From contig NC_043012.1 in NCBI RefSeq assembly GCF_006345805.1, forward strand, positions 57,412,001 to 57,476,000: a DNA stretch of 64,000 nt. Direction: 5' to 3'. Positions 50,965-61,910 of the stretch are shown one piece after another. This DNA comes from Octopus sinensis. Its lineage: Eukaryota. Every line of letters starts with the position of its first letter. Positions within the stretch are counted from its first letter, which is position 1. The position numbers and the translations under genes were made by a program. The notes beneath the pieces are model-generated. The model saw only the letters and a program-made list of their open reading frames with translations. It made no database searches and was not told where the DNA came from.

Positions 50965-51250
50965 TAGGGTAATCGGCTTGCGATGGTAAGGTTGAGAGTT
51001 CTATTCCCGGCGGCGCCTTATGTCCTTGAGCAAGACGCTTGATCCAGCCCACCCAACTGGCAAAAATTAGTTTTACCTGAAATTCAAAGGTCCAGCCTTG
51101 TCAAGTTCTGCGAGTCACGCTGACTCTCCTTGAGAACAACATAATGGATATGCGTGTCTCTGGAGTACTCAGCCACTTGCACGTTAATTTCACAAGCAGG
51201 GTGTTCCGTTGATCGGATCAACTGGAACCCTCGTTGTCGTAAGCGAAGGA
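50965..51250 (+). mobile_element. SINE family D
   Basis: GAGAGTTCTATTCCC B-box-like, TGTCCTTGAGCAAGACGC CORE-like block, GTACTCAGCCACTTGCACGTTAAT. Confidence 0.75.
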
Positions 51251-51279
51251 GTGCTAGTTATATGCACTCGTATAGCCGA

Positions 51280-51410
51280 AAGCGGGGCGCAATAGGGGCG
51301 GCACTTTTCATCCTGTTGTATTTTTTTTTTCCTTTGAGGGGGTCCGGGGGCGGCAAACGGAAAGGCCGCTCTAGATGGCACACGCTCTAGCTACGCTAGA
51401 GGTTATATAT
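51280..51410. promoter_or_regulatory. candidate GC-box promoter-like patch
   Basis: GGGGCG at 51284, GGGGCGG at 51295, GGGGGCGG at 51346, AACGGAAA at 51356, AGATGGC at 51373, in non-repeat CpG-rich sequence. Motif matches only. Confidence 0.3.
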
Positions 51411-51689
51411 CTTATTCCTTATTCGTTTGTTTATATCTAAGAATGGAGTAGTTATGATTAGAATATGCTAGAACTCTGTTGGGTTACAAATGTAAAAGTG
51501 AAACTATTTTCGAAATTTCTAAGTCTTTAGCGGGCTGCTTAGTGTATCTCTGGCCCTGGTATAATTACACGATCTTGGTTTCAAAAAGTCCTGTATAAAA
51601 AATGAAAAGAAATACAAGAAAACGAGTTGCAATTAACTGCGACGCTTTATTCAACCGCTAAATTAATTTGTACAGCAACTGGTTGGTTA

Positions 51690-51963
51690 CATCATGATGA
51701 TAACTGTTGGAAGAAATTTTACATACGATGATAACCTCACTATACGAGGATCCGGTTTTCGAGAATGTGGGTTTACGAGTTTTATTTTTCAAGCACAAGA
51801 TCCAAATTTTAAACGAAGTGCAAAAGTTTCTACTACCATAACAAATGCTTCTGCGTGTTACCGAGAAGTTTATAGAGAGCAAAAGAAAGATTCTTCTAAG
51901 CAAATAATTCTAGACTAGATTTAAAAAAAAAAAACCTAATTATCATATATAGAGGCATTACTG
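51690..51963 (+). pseudogene. pogo/Tigger transposase C-terminal fragment plus right end
   Basis: AQDPNFKRSAKVSTTITNASACYREVYREQKKDSSKQIILD matches the Tigger DPNxERxxKV..CYxEIYxEKKK..Q..LD tail; GAGGCATTACTG|TA TIR-like end at 51952-51965. Confidence 0.7.
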
Positions 51964-52179
51964 TATTTACTTCTCAAATCAATCGAAACTTGATCTGTAC
52001 TTGGCAGACAGGAATAGAAATATGTGACATTACTTCTTGCAGTTTCTCATTCTCTCTGTTTATAGGTGCATGGCAAACAAGAACCTGCAAAATAGCTCTC
52101 CTCTCTGAAGAAAACTGAAGGAAATTCCTTTATTTATATATGCCATAAGACTTCAAAGAGCAAAAATTATATATACACC

Positions 52180-52680
52180 TGTTCCAGTGGTATGTAAAAA
52201 GCACCATTCAAGTGTGCTCGTTGCCAGTGCCACCTGACTGGCTCATGTGCTGGTGGCATGTAAAGAAGCACAATTCAAGCATTGTTGATGCCAGTATCGC
52301 CTGACTGGCTCCTGTACCGGTGGCATGTAAAAAGCACCATTTGAGTGTGGTTTTTGCCAGTGGCACCCGACTGGCACTTGTGCCGTTGGTATGTAAAAAG
52401 CACCATTTGAGCGTGGTTGGTGCTGGTGCTGCCTGACTGGCTCCCATGCTGGTGGTATGTAAAAAGCACCATTTGAGCGTGGCCAATGCCACCTGACTGT
52501 CTTCTGTGCTGGTGGCACGTGGAAAACACCTACTACACTCTCAGAGTGGTTGGCATTAGGAAGGGCATCCAGCTGTAGAAACCTTGCCAGATCAGATTGG
52601 AGCCTCGTGCAGCCTCCTGGCTTGCCAGTCCAACCCATGCCAGCATGGAAAGCAGACGTTAAACGATGATGATGATGGGA
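52180..52680 (+). mobile_element. RTE-type LINE 3' UTR with ~5.5 66-bp units and (GAT)n tail
   Basis: GTAAAAAGCACC recurs at 52194, 52260, 52327, 52393, 52459 and 52519. Confidence 0.85.
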
Positions 52681-53068
52681 TTCTATAGTAGAAAGCAGTT
52701 GCCCAAAGTGCCACACAGTAGGTCTGAACCTGGAACGATGTGATTGGAAACAAACATCTTACTATACAATCACTGTTGCCCCTATATATGTATGTATGTG
52801 TGTGTATGTATTTATGTATCAGATTAAAAGGGATTTAGAAATTTATGCTGTCACTTCAGTCGGCTCCCTTGCGAATACTGGCTAAACTGAGTGTATAGAA
52901 ATGGACAGCTTTCCTTAAAGGATGCTGTTCTATACTAACCGAAATTCCAAGGAGAATTTGTTTGTTGCAGAATATTATATAGTAAGTCTAAGAATTGAGG
53001 TTTTGCTCAATCTTTCTCTCTATCATGCTCTCTCTATTTCTCTGGCTTTCTCTCTGTATGTGTATGTA

Positions 53069-53098
<30 letters not shown>

Positions 53099-53099
<1 letters not shown>

Positions 53100-53784
53100 T
53101 ACTTTATATAATTAGGGTTCAGCAAAAAAATTTGCTTTACCACATACCGAACTTTTAGAAATAGCAGCCAAAAAATTTACCTATTTCTTCTACTATAAGA
53201 AGAGTCTCCCAGACAATGTATACTCAAAACCAATTCACGTAGGCATAGAGGGAAAAATAACGAAAGTTCACTCGAAAGATTGATTACTTGTGAATGCGTT
53301 TCTGGGTTAGTCAGATATAGAGATGCTAGAAACACAATCCCTATTCTAACATTCCCGTCATCAACACAAAGGTTTCATTAAATTCAAATTTGAGAGCACT
53401 AAAAATCGAACATACATATCTGATTTGAGTAACCTCAGACAAACCATCTTCGACATCCAGTACTAATGAATTCAAAACACGAATGAGGCTCCGCATATTC
53501 CTTCGTCCACCCACGTGAGTTATAGAGCAACAGATTCCTACAGAAGAATCTGTAGTTTATTATCAGGGAGAGAATTATACTGTCAATAATAATAAGGGTA
53601 AAATTAATTAATTAATTAGTAATTAATAATTTTACCAAGCAGTGTTCAGTATGTAAAAGGACCATTCACGGTAAATTTAAACATTACTTTATATAATTAA
53701 GGTTCAGCAAAAAAATTTGCTTTACCACATACCGAACTTTTAGAAATAGCAGCCAAAGAATTTAGCTATTTCCTTTACTATAAG
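53099..53784. repeat. ~100-bp direct repeats enclosing ~485 bp of AT-rich sequence
   Basis: TTACTTTATATAATTA.GGTTCAGCAAAAAAATTTGC...ACTATAAG at 53099-53199 and 53684-53784 (offset 585). Confidence 0.85.
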
Positions 53785-54097
53785 TCAGCCAGACAATATA
53801 TATATATACTTAGCTCGCAGATAGATTAATTGCATGACGATGAGTGTACAAATCAAAGATTACGTTGATATTGTTGGTTTTGTGAAGAATTCATAACAGT
53901 ATTCCTATCATGATCATTTGTGACTGACAGAAAAAGCAGGTGTACAACAGGTAATTATTACCAACATTTCACATATAGTGTGTACGCATGTGTACATATT
54001 GCTGGTGGTGGTAGAAATAGTGTCTGTATGCATATGTGTTCTATGAGAGATAGTGTGTTGTGTGTATGTCTATGGATGTACATGGTGTTCGTTATGT

Positions 54098-55351
54098 ACA
54101 AGTATTTTGGGCTAAATTTTAGACTTTTTTGGATGTACCCATTTTTTTCGGCAACAGGTTGAAATACTGAACAGTGAGAAAAACTTAGCTGAGTTGGAGG
54201 AATGGAAGCCATGAGAATATTGAAAAAGAGTTACATGATGATTTGAGTTGGGTATCAAAATGCCGATATTATGGCTGCTGCTCAATGCTCTGTGAAGACT
54301 ATAAGATATGACATGAATAGCTGCAATGGAGACAATGAAGCCATAGCCAGCAGGGACGTATATAGCATAGATTCTGACCGTGTCTGCAAGCCAGAATTCA
54401 TCCAACAACTACAGGCTCAATTTAGACAGATATGTGAAGCTGCTGGAGACTGGTCAATACCAGCATCGACCACACTCAAATGGTGCATTTTACGTACCAA
54501 CAGCACAGGGGCCAGTCAGGCGGCACTGGCATCAGCCACGCTCAAATAGTGCTTTTTACGTGCCGCCGGCACAGAAGCCAGTCAGGTGGCTCTGGCATTG
54601 GCCACATTCAAATGGTGCTTTTTATACACCACCAGCATGGGAGCTAGTCAAGCAGCACCAGCATCGACCATGCTCAAATGGTGCATTTTACGTACCAACA
54701 GCACAGGGGCCAGTCGGGTGGCACTGGCATCAGCCACGCTTGAATAGTGCTTTTTACGTGCCACCAGCATAGAAGCCAGTCAGGTGACTCTGGCATTGGC
54801 CACATTCAAATGGTGCTTTTTATACACCACCAGCATGGGAGCTAGTCAGGCAGCACCAGCATCAACCACGCTCAAATGGTGCTTTTTACACACCAACAGT
54901 ACAAGGGCCAGTCAGGCGGCACTGGCATCAGCCATGCTGGAAGGCCATGTGTGTAGCAGCAGAGTTCAATTTCTTGCCAGAAGTGGTTGTCTGAGAATTT
55001 CTATGACTCCACCAGACCCAATTTCTGGCCTCCAAATCCCTATAGATTACTTACTATGTGTGGGACATGACAGAAAAGACACTGACTGCTCTGCCAGCAA
55101 CATCAAGGCCAAACTGGCGGCCAAGACCTTGGAGATATTTGAAGATCTTCTCAAGGAAGAACACATGCACCAGTTTCTGGAGTTGTCTTGAGGTCGCGGT
55201 GGAATCTAAGATAGGCCACTTTGAGTAAATTATTATCTCTCAGCCAAAATCTAGTTGATATTTTCTGATCTTTTAAAATACTTTCATTTTTGGATGAGTT
55301 GTGTTTTTTTTTTCTTTTTATGTTAACTGTCAAATTTAGCCTGAAAACCCT
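54098..55351 (+). mobile_element. decayed maT/DD37D-type Tc1-mariner transposon, middle replaced by the 66-bp array
   Basis: N-part IRYDMNSCNGDNEAIASR...SDRVCKPEFIQQLQ; C-part QKWLSENF...RPNFWPPN...DYLLCVG...EIFEDL...GHFE*; degenerate TIRs CAAGTATTTTGGGCTAAATTT and AAATTTAGCCTGAAAACCCTG (about 15/21). Confidence 0.75.
54455..54945 (-). repeat. 66-bp tandem array with 198-bp higher-order repeat
   Basis: Monomer starts at 54481, 54547, 54613, 54679, 54745, 54811 and 54877; monomers 1/4/7, 2/5 and 3/6 share diagnostic variants. Confidence 0.95.
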
Positions 55352-55554
55352 GTGTATGTGAAATTTAGTGGTAATTATCATGAAAATAATTAACGATGGT
55401 GATGATGAAGAAAATAATTGTGGTATTTGTGGCAGTGGTGGTGATGGTGGTGAGGCGTTGGTTTTGACAGCGATGGTGGTAATGATGATGGTAGTAATAG
55501 TGGTATGAGTTGTGGCGGACCAGTGATGATGTTTATAGCAGTGATGGTAATAAT

Positions 55555-56170
55555 GATTTCAAATTTTGACACAAGGCCAGCATTTTTGGACGAGGGAGTA
55601 AGTCGATTACATCGACCCCACCAGTGTTAAACTGGTACTTACTTTATTGTTCCTGAAATGATGAAAGGTAAAGTCGACCATGGTGGCATTTGAACTCACA
55701 ATGTTAAGACAGACAAAATGCTGCTAAGCATTTCACCCAGCATGCTAACCATTTGGCCAGCTCACCCGCCTTTACTCTTGTTTCAGTCATTTGACTGTGG
55801 CCATGATGGAGCACCGCCTTTAGTCAAGCAAATTGACCCTAGGACTTATTCTTTGTAAGCCTAGTACTTATTCTATCGGTCTTTTTTGCCGAACCACTAA
55901 GTTATGGGGACATAAACACACCAGCATTGGTTGTCAAGCGATGTTGGGGGGAAAAACATAGACATACACACACACACATATACACATTAATATATATATA
56001 CATATATACGATGGGCTTCTTTCAGTTTCCATCTACCAAATCCACTCACAAGGCTTTGGTTGGCCCGAGGCTATAGTAGAAGACACTTGCCCAAGGTGCC
56101 ACGCAGTGGGACTGAACCTGGAACCATGTGGTTCGTAAGTAGCTTGCTTACAACACAGCCACTCCTACGC
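55555..56170 (-). mobile_element. abutting SINE B (55555-55770) and SINE A (55770-56170)
   Basis: Family motifs; flanked by (GTG/GAT)n tracts. Confidence 0.85.
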
Positions 56171-56619
56171 TTAATAATAGTGGTATGAGTTGTGGTAGAC
56201 TGGTGATGATGTTTGTGGTGGTTATGAAGATGCTTGTTGTATTAGTGGTTGTGGTAGTAGTGGTGATGGTAGTTGTAGTGAGTGGTATAAATGGCGATCA
56301 TTGTGATGATGATGCTGATTTGGTAGCTGGTAATGATGATGATGATGATGTTACAGTGCCATATGTTTCTTTTAACAATAGTCCAAACACATGAACATCT
56401 TGGCAATAGAACAATTATCTGGGAGTATGTAAATTCTGTTGCCCCACCCCCTCAAAAAATATATGGCTGTGTGGTCAAAGAGTTTACTTTATAACCATGT
56501 AGTTTCAGGTTTAGTCCCACTGTGCAGTACCTTGGGCAAGTGTCTTCTACTATAACTTGGGGCCTACAAATGCCTTCTGAGTGAATTTAGTAGATGGAAA
56601 CTGTGTGGAAGCCTATCAC

Positions 56620-56820
56620 ACACACACATTTTCATCATATTGAACCATTAATCCCTACACATTTTTTCTCTTTCCATTTTTTTCTTCTAAATCCATTCTG
56701 ATGATGAGTGTAGGCTTGAAATGTCAAAGTCTTTTCCATTTTTCTTGAGCATCAAACTAATACACCTGATTGTTGTTCCTTCACCTGCCTTTGTCTTTTG
56801 TTTTCTGTAAATTTGAACTA
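56620..56820 (+). mobile_element. Penelope-like pLTR remnant with intact hammerhead core
   Basis: TT CTGATGA T GAGT GTAG GCTT GAAAT GTC AA at 56696-56727; homologous to 44065-44290. Confidence 0.6.
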
Positions 56821-56840
56821 TATATATATACACATACATC

Positions 56841-57100
56841 ACTCAGCAGAGTGGACTTAGTGCTTTTTACATGGCAAAAGCACAGGTGAGGTCAGTTTTT
56901 GTAAAAATCTTGTCAAAACTGACCTCACTTGTGCTTGTGCCACGTGAAAAGCACTAAGTCCACTCTGCTGAGTGGTTGGTGTTAGGAAGGGCATCCAGCT
57001 GTAAAAATCCTGCCAAAACAATCACAAAAGTCTGGTGCAGGCTTCTGCCTGGACAGCTCTTGTCAGACCGTCCCACCCATGCTAGCATGGAAGACGGATG
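56841..57100 (+). mobile_element. LINE tail with a 59-bp fold-back at its 5' end
   Basis: 56841-56899 is the reverse complement of 56915-56973 (4 mismatches); continues into GGAAGGGCATCCAGCTGTAAAAA...CCCATGCTAGCATGG. Confidence 0.85.
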
Positions 57101-57109
57101 ATATATATA

Positions 57110-58267
57110 TATATATATGTACACATACATGCATACATAGTATACATATATATATATACATACCTAGTGAAGGCGCATGACTCAGTGGTTAGAGCATCTT
57201 TAAGGGTGCATGTTAAGGGTACATGTGTCTGTGGAGTGCTCAGCCACTTGCACATTAATAAATGAGCTGCGACGTCACTGGTGCCAAGCTGTATCAGCCT
57301 TTACCTTTTCCTTGGATGACATCGGTGGTGTGAAGAGGGGGATGTCGGTATGCATGGGCGACTGCTGGTCTTCCATAAACAACCTTGCCCTGACTTGTGC
57401 CTCGGAGGGTAACTTTCTAGGTGCAATTCCATGGTCATTCGTGACCGAAGGGGGTCTCCGACATACATACATACACACACATGACAAGCTTCTTTCAGTT
57501 TCTGCCTACCAAATCCACTCACAAGGCTTTGGTGCCAGGGTGCCATGCAGTGGGACTGAACTCAGAACCATACGATTGAGAAACAAGTTTCTTATCACAG
57601 TCGCTCCTGTATATATATAGTTTGTCTCCTTGGCTGTATAGCAAGCAACATTTGTAACCAAGCATCGCTATCATATGAACAGTATCCTCTGTTGCTTGTC
57701 TTCTATGTCAAAGCATCTGGCCATGGGGAAATATTACCTCGCTTCGAAACGGGTGAGGATTGGTGACAGAAAGGACATCTGGCCATAGAAAGAAATATCT
57801 GCCTCTATTAATTTTGTTTCACTCACGCAAGTATGGAAAAGTAGATATTAAAACTAAGGTGATGTTAGAAAATTAGACTGCAATTTCTAACAGATTTGAG
57901 CAGCTATGTGGTGACTCTTTTATCTCGTTTGTGGAATATCTCTCAAACCAGAATTCGAAACTTCAGTGCTGACTCACTTCTCTAGTCAAATTCCACAAAT
58001 AGTGTGTGCGTGTGCGTGTGTGTGTATGTCTGTGTGTGTGTGTATATATATATGTGTGTGTATATATATATGTGTATATATATATATATGTGTGTATATA
58101 TATATGTGTATATATATATATGTGTATATATATATATGTGTATATATATATATATGTGTATATATATATATATGTGTATATATTATATATATATATATAT
58201 GTGTATATATATGTATGTGTATATACATATATGTGTATATACATATATGTGTATATACATATATGTG

Positions 58268-58298
<31 letters not shown>

Positions 58299-59505
58299 GT
58301 GTATATATATTATATATATATGTGTATATATATAGTGTATATTATATATATATATATATAATATATATATGTACACATACATGCATACATAGTATACATA
58401 TATATATATATATACATACCTAGTGAAGGCGCATGACTCAGTGGTTAGAGCATCTTTAAGGGTGCATGTTAAGGGTACATGTGTCTGTGGAGTGCTCAGC
58501 CACTTGCACATTAATAAATGAGCTGCGACGTCATGGTGCCAAGCTGTATCAGCCTTTACCTTTTCCTTGGATGACATCGGTGGTGTGAAGAGGGGGATGT
58601 CGGTATGCATGGGCGACTGCTGGTCTTCCATAAACAACCTTGCCCTGACTTGTGCCTCGGAGGGTAACTTTCTAGGTGCAATTCCATGGTCATTCGTGAC
58701 CGAAGGGGGTCTCCGACATACATACATACACACACATGACAAGCTTCTTTCAGTTTCTGCCTACCAAATCCACTCACAAGGCTTTGGTGCCAGGGTGCCA
58801 TGCAGTGGGACTGAACTCAGAACCATTACGATTGAGAAACAAGTTTCTTATCACAGTCGCTCCTGTATATATATAGTTTGTGTCTCCTTGGCTGTATAGC
58901 AAGCAACATTGTAACCAAGCATCGCTATCATATGAACAGTATCCTCTGTGCTTGTCTTCTATGTCAAAGCATCTGGCCATGGGGAAATATTACCTCGCTT
59001 CGAAACGGGTGAGGATTGGTGACAGAAAGGACATCTGGCCATAGAAAGAAATATCTGCCTCTATTAATTTTGTTTCACTCACGCAAGTATGGAAAAGTAG
59101 ATATTAAAACTAAGGTGATGTTAGAAAATTAGACTGCAATTTCTAACAGATTTGAGCAGCTATGTGGTGACTCTTTATCTCGTTTGTGGAATATCTCTCA
59201 AACCAGAATTCGAAACTTCAGTGCTGACTCACTCTCTAGTCAAATTCCACAAATAGTGTGTGCGTGTGCGTGTGTGTGTATGTCTGTGTGTGTGTGTATA
59301 TATATATGTGTATTATATATATGTGTGATATATATATGTGTATATATATATATGGTATATATATATATGTGTATATATATATATATGTGTATATATATAT
59401 ATATGTGTATATATATATATGTGTATATATATATATGTGTATATATATGTATGTGTATATACATATATGTGTATATACATATATGTGTATATATATATAT
59501 ATGTG

Positions 59506-59536
<31 letters not shown>

Positions 59537-59567
59537 GTGTATATATATATATATATATGTGTATATA

Positions 59568-59615
<48 letters not shown>
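57110..59615 (+). repeat. ~1256-bp tandem duplication (2 copies)
   Basis: CCTAGTGAAGGCGC at 57163 and 58419; non-microsatellite differences are small indels only. Confidence 0.95.
57165..57462 (+). mobile_element. chimeric SINE (C head / D segment / C tail), duplicated at 58421-58718
   Basis: GGCGCATGACTCAGTGGTTAGAGC, then GTGTCTGTGGAGTGCTCAGCCACTTGCAC (as in 51140-51190), then GAGCTGCGACGTCACTGGTGCCAAGC (as in 31615 onward). Confidence 0.75.
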
Positions 59616-59619
<4 letters not shown>

Positions 59620-59989
59620 TGGTGAGGTGACTCAAATTAACTTGCCTTAAAAAAAAATACTTCCTACAAATGAAATCTTTCACTGCTTAATTATACATAG
59701 TTAATTATACTTGTAATTAATGTCCTTGATTATATCTATAATTAACTTGGTTATAATTATATTTCTACATTATTATAATTGTAATTCTAATGTTTTAAAA
59801 TAAAATCACAATGTGCGCGTATAATGGCAACCTGAATGATTATTTTTAAAAGAAGTAACTGCTGAGTATTCAAAGTAAATTTAGATTACAAAGAAAAATT
59901 TAATTTACTTTAAATAATATAATAAAACTTTTAGTATAATAATAATAATAATGATAATAATAATAATAATTTTAATGTATGCTCAAGGT

Positions 59990-60760
59990 CACAGAAATTA
60001 GGGAGCAGGAAACGATTGATTATATACTTGGCCCCTGTGTTTGTTTAATACTTATTTTATCAACACTGGGAGGTCAAAAGGCAAAGTCTACCTCGGTGGT
60101 ATTTGAACTCAGAATGTACCAAAAAAAAAATTTTTAAATAACATAGTTAGATACTCTAAGGAATTTTGTTCAGCACTCTGATACTTTTTCCAATTCACCA
60201 TACCACTCTACTACAACTACTACCACCACCACCACCACCACCACCACCACCACTACTCCTACTACTCCTACTACTACTACTACTATTATTACTACTACTA
60301 CTACCACTGCTACTACTTCCACCACCACTGCTACTACATATAGTCGTCATCCTTTCTATGCCTGAAATTTTGAGGGAAGAGAGTAGTGAATAGCATCAGC
60401 CCTAGTAATCAACTGGTACCTATTTTATTGACCCCCGAAAGGATGGACAAAGTCGACCTCAGCAAGATTTGAACTCTGGATGTAAAGATGGACAAAATAC
60501 TGCTAAGCATTTTGTCTGGCATGCTAACGATTCTGTCAGCTTGCTGCCTTGATAATAGTAATAATAATAATAATGGTTTTAAATTTTGGCACAAGGCCAG
60601 CAATTTCAGGGAGTGGGTAAGTCGATTACATCGGCCCCAGTGCTCAACCGGTTCTTACTTTATCAACCTTGAAAGGATGAAAGTCAAAGCTGATCCCAGT
60701 GAGATTTGAACTCGTAACATAAGCTGGCAGTAATGCTACTGTGCATTGTGAGTGAAACTG
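59990..60760 (-). mobile_element. three SINE family B copies with intervening (TAC/CAC)n
   Basis: GAACTCAGAATG / GAACTCTGGATG / GAACTCGTAAC B-box complements. Confidence 0.8.
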
Positions 60761-61244
60761 GCATTTCATTTTGTAGACCCCTAGAGGGATGAAAGGTGGA
60801 ATTCTTGTTTAAGCACCCCATATAACCTCTCATAACTTGTTTATATTTTGGAATTTCAGAAATTTTTTTAGGATTTGTTTTTTACTCTCAGTAATTCATA
60901 CAATTTAAAAAGGAAAAAAAATTTTTTTTTATTTTTCGAATTTTTTTCTTTTAAAATCGGAGTTTAAAATATGGACAGTTCTAATTTTTTGCTTAAATCT
61001 CAGCAATAGATCAATAAATGTGTTTACAGGGAAAATGATATTGAAAAACATCAATATATCAGTGACAAACAATCGAGGAAGGTATCAGATGGTCGTGAGA
61101 TGTGCTAAAAAGAACAGTTAGAGCCCTTAAATCGCAAAAAAAAAGACTTGCTTTTGTTTTTGCATAATCACATGAATTCTCCACTGGGATTTGAACACAT
61201 AATGAAAAGAATAGGGGAGAAAAACAAAAACAGAAACAGCAAGG

Positions 61245-61910
61245 CATTTTGTCTGAGAAGAAGTGCCACTCCCAAACAGTTGAAGGAATCCGGGGTAGAA
61301 GTAGACCCAGGAAGACATGGGATGAGGTGGTCAAGCATGACCTTCAAATGCTGGATCTCACAGAGGCAATGACGAAAGACCGAGACCTCTGGAGATATGC
61401 TGTGACTGCGAAAACCCGACAAATAACATGAATTCATGGTTGTTTCCTGCACCAGCTTCACATCGAAGCCCCAGCTCATCCAAAGTGCCTTGGATCGCAG
61501 GATGGCCTGCTGTGCTTACCTTGGATTGTAGGGCAACCTGCTGTGCTTGAGGAGACCTATTGAGTCAAGTACATCAACATAAAAAAATCAACTGTGCCGG
61601 TGGCATGTAAAAAGCACCATCTGAACGTGGCTGATGCCAGCGCCGCCTTGAATGGCTTCTGTGCCGGTGGCACGTAAAAAGCACCAACTGATCGTGGCTG
61701 CTGCCAGCCTCCCCTGGCACCTGTGCCGGTGGCATGCAAAAAGCACCCACTACACTCACGTAGTGGTTGGCATTAGGAAGGGCATCCAGCTGTAGAAACA
61801 CTGCCAGATCAGACTAGAGCCTGGTGCAGCCTCCTGGCTTCTCAGTCCCCGGTCGAACCGTCCAACCCATGCTAGCATGGAAAACGGACGTTAAACGATG
61901 ATGATGATGA
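61245..61910 (+). mobile_element. 5'-truncated RTE-type LINE: ORF end, long 3' UTR with 66-bp units, (GAT)n tail
   Basis: KCHSQTVEGIRGRSRPRKTWDEVVKHDLQMLDLTEAMTKDRDLWR (GRGRPRKTW...DR..WR motif), then ~2.5 units and the shared tail. Confidence 0.85.

Noticed and set aside
54455-54945. CRISPR-like appearance of the regular 66-bp repeats (also 52180-52530)
   Set aside because: Whole monomers are homologous with no unique spacers; no cas genes; eukaryotic LINE 3' UTR context
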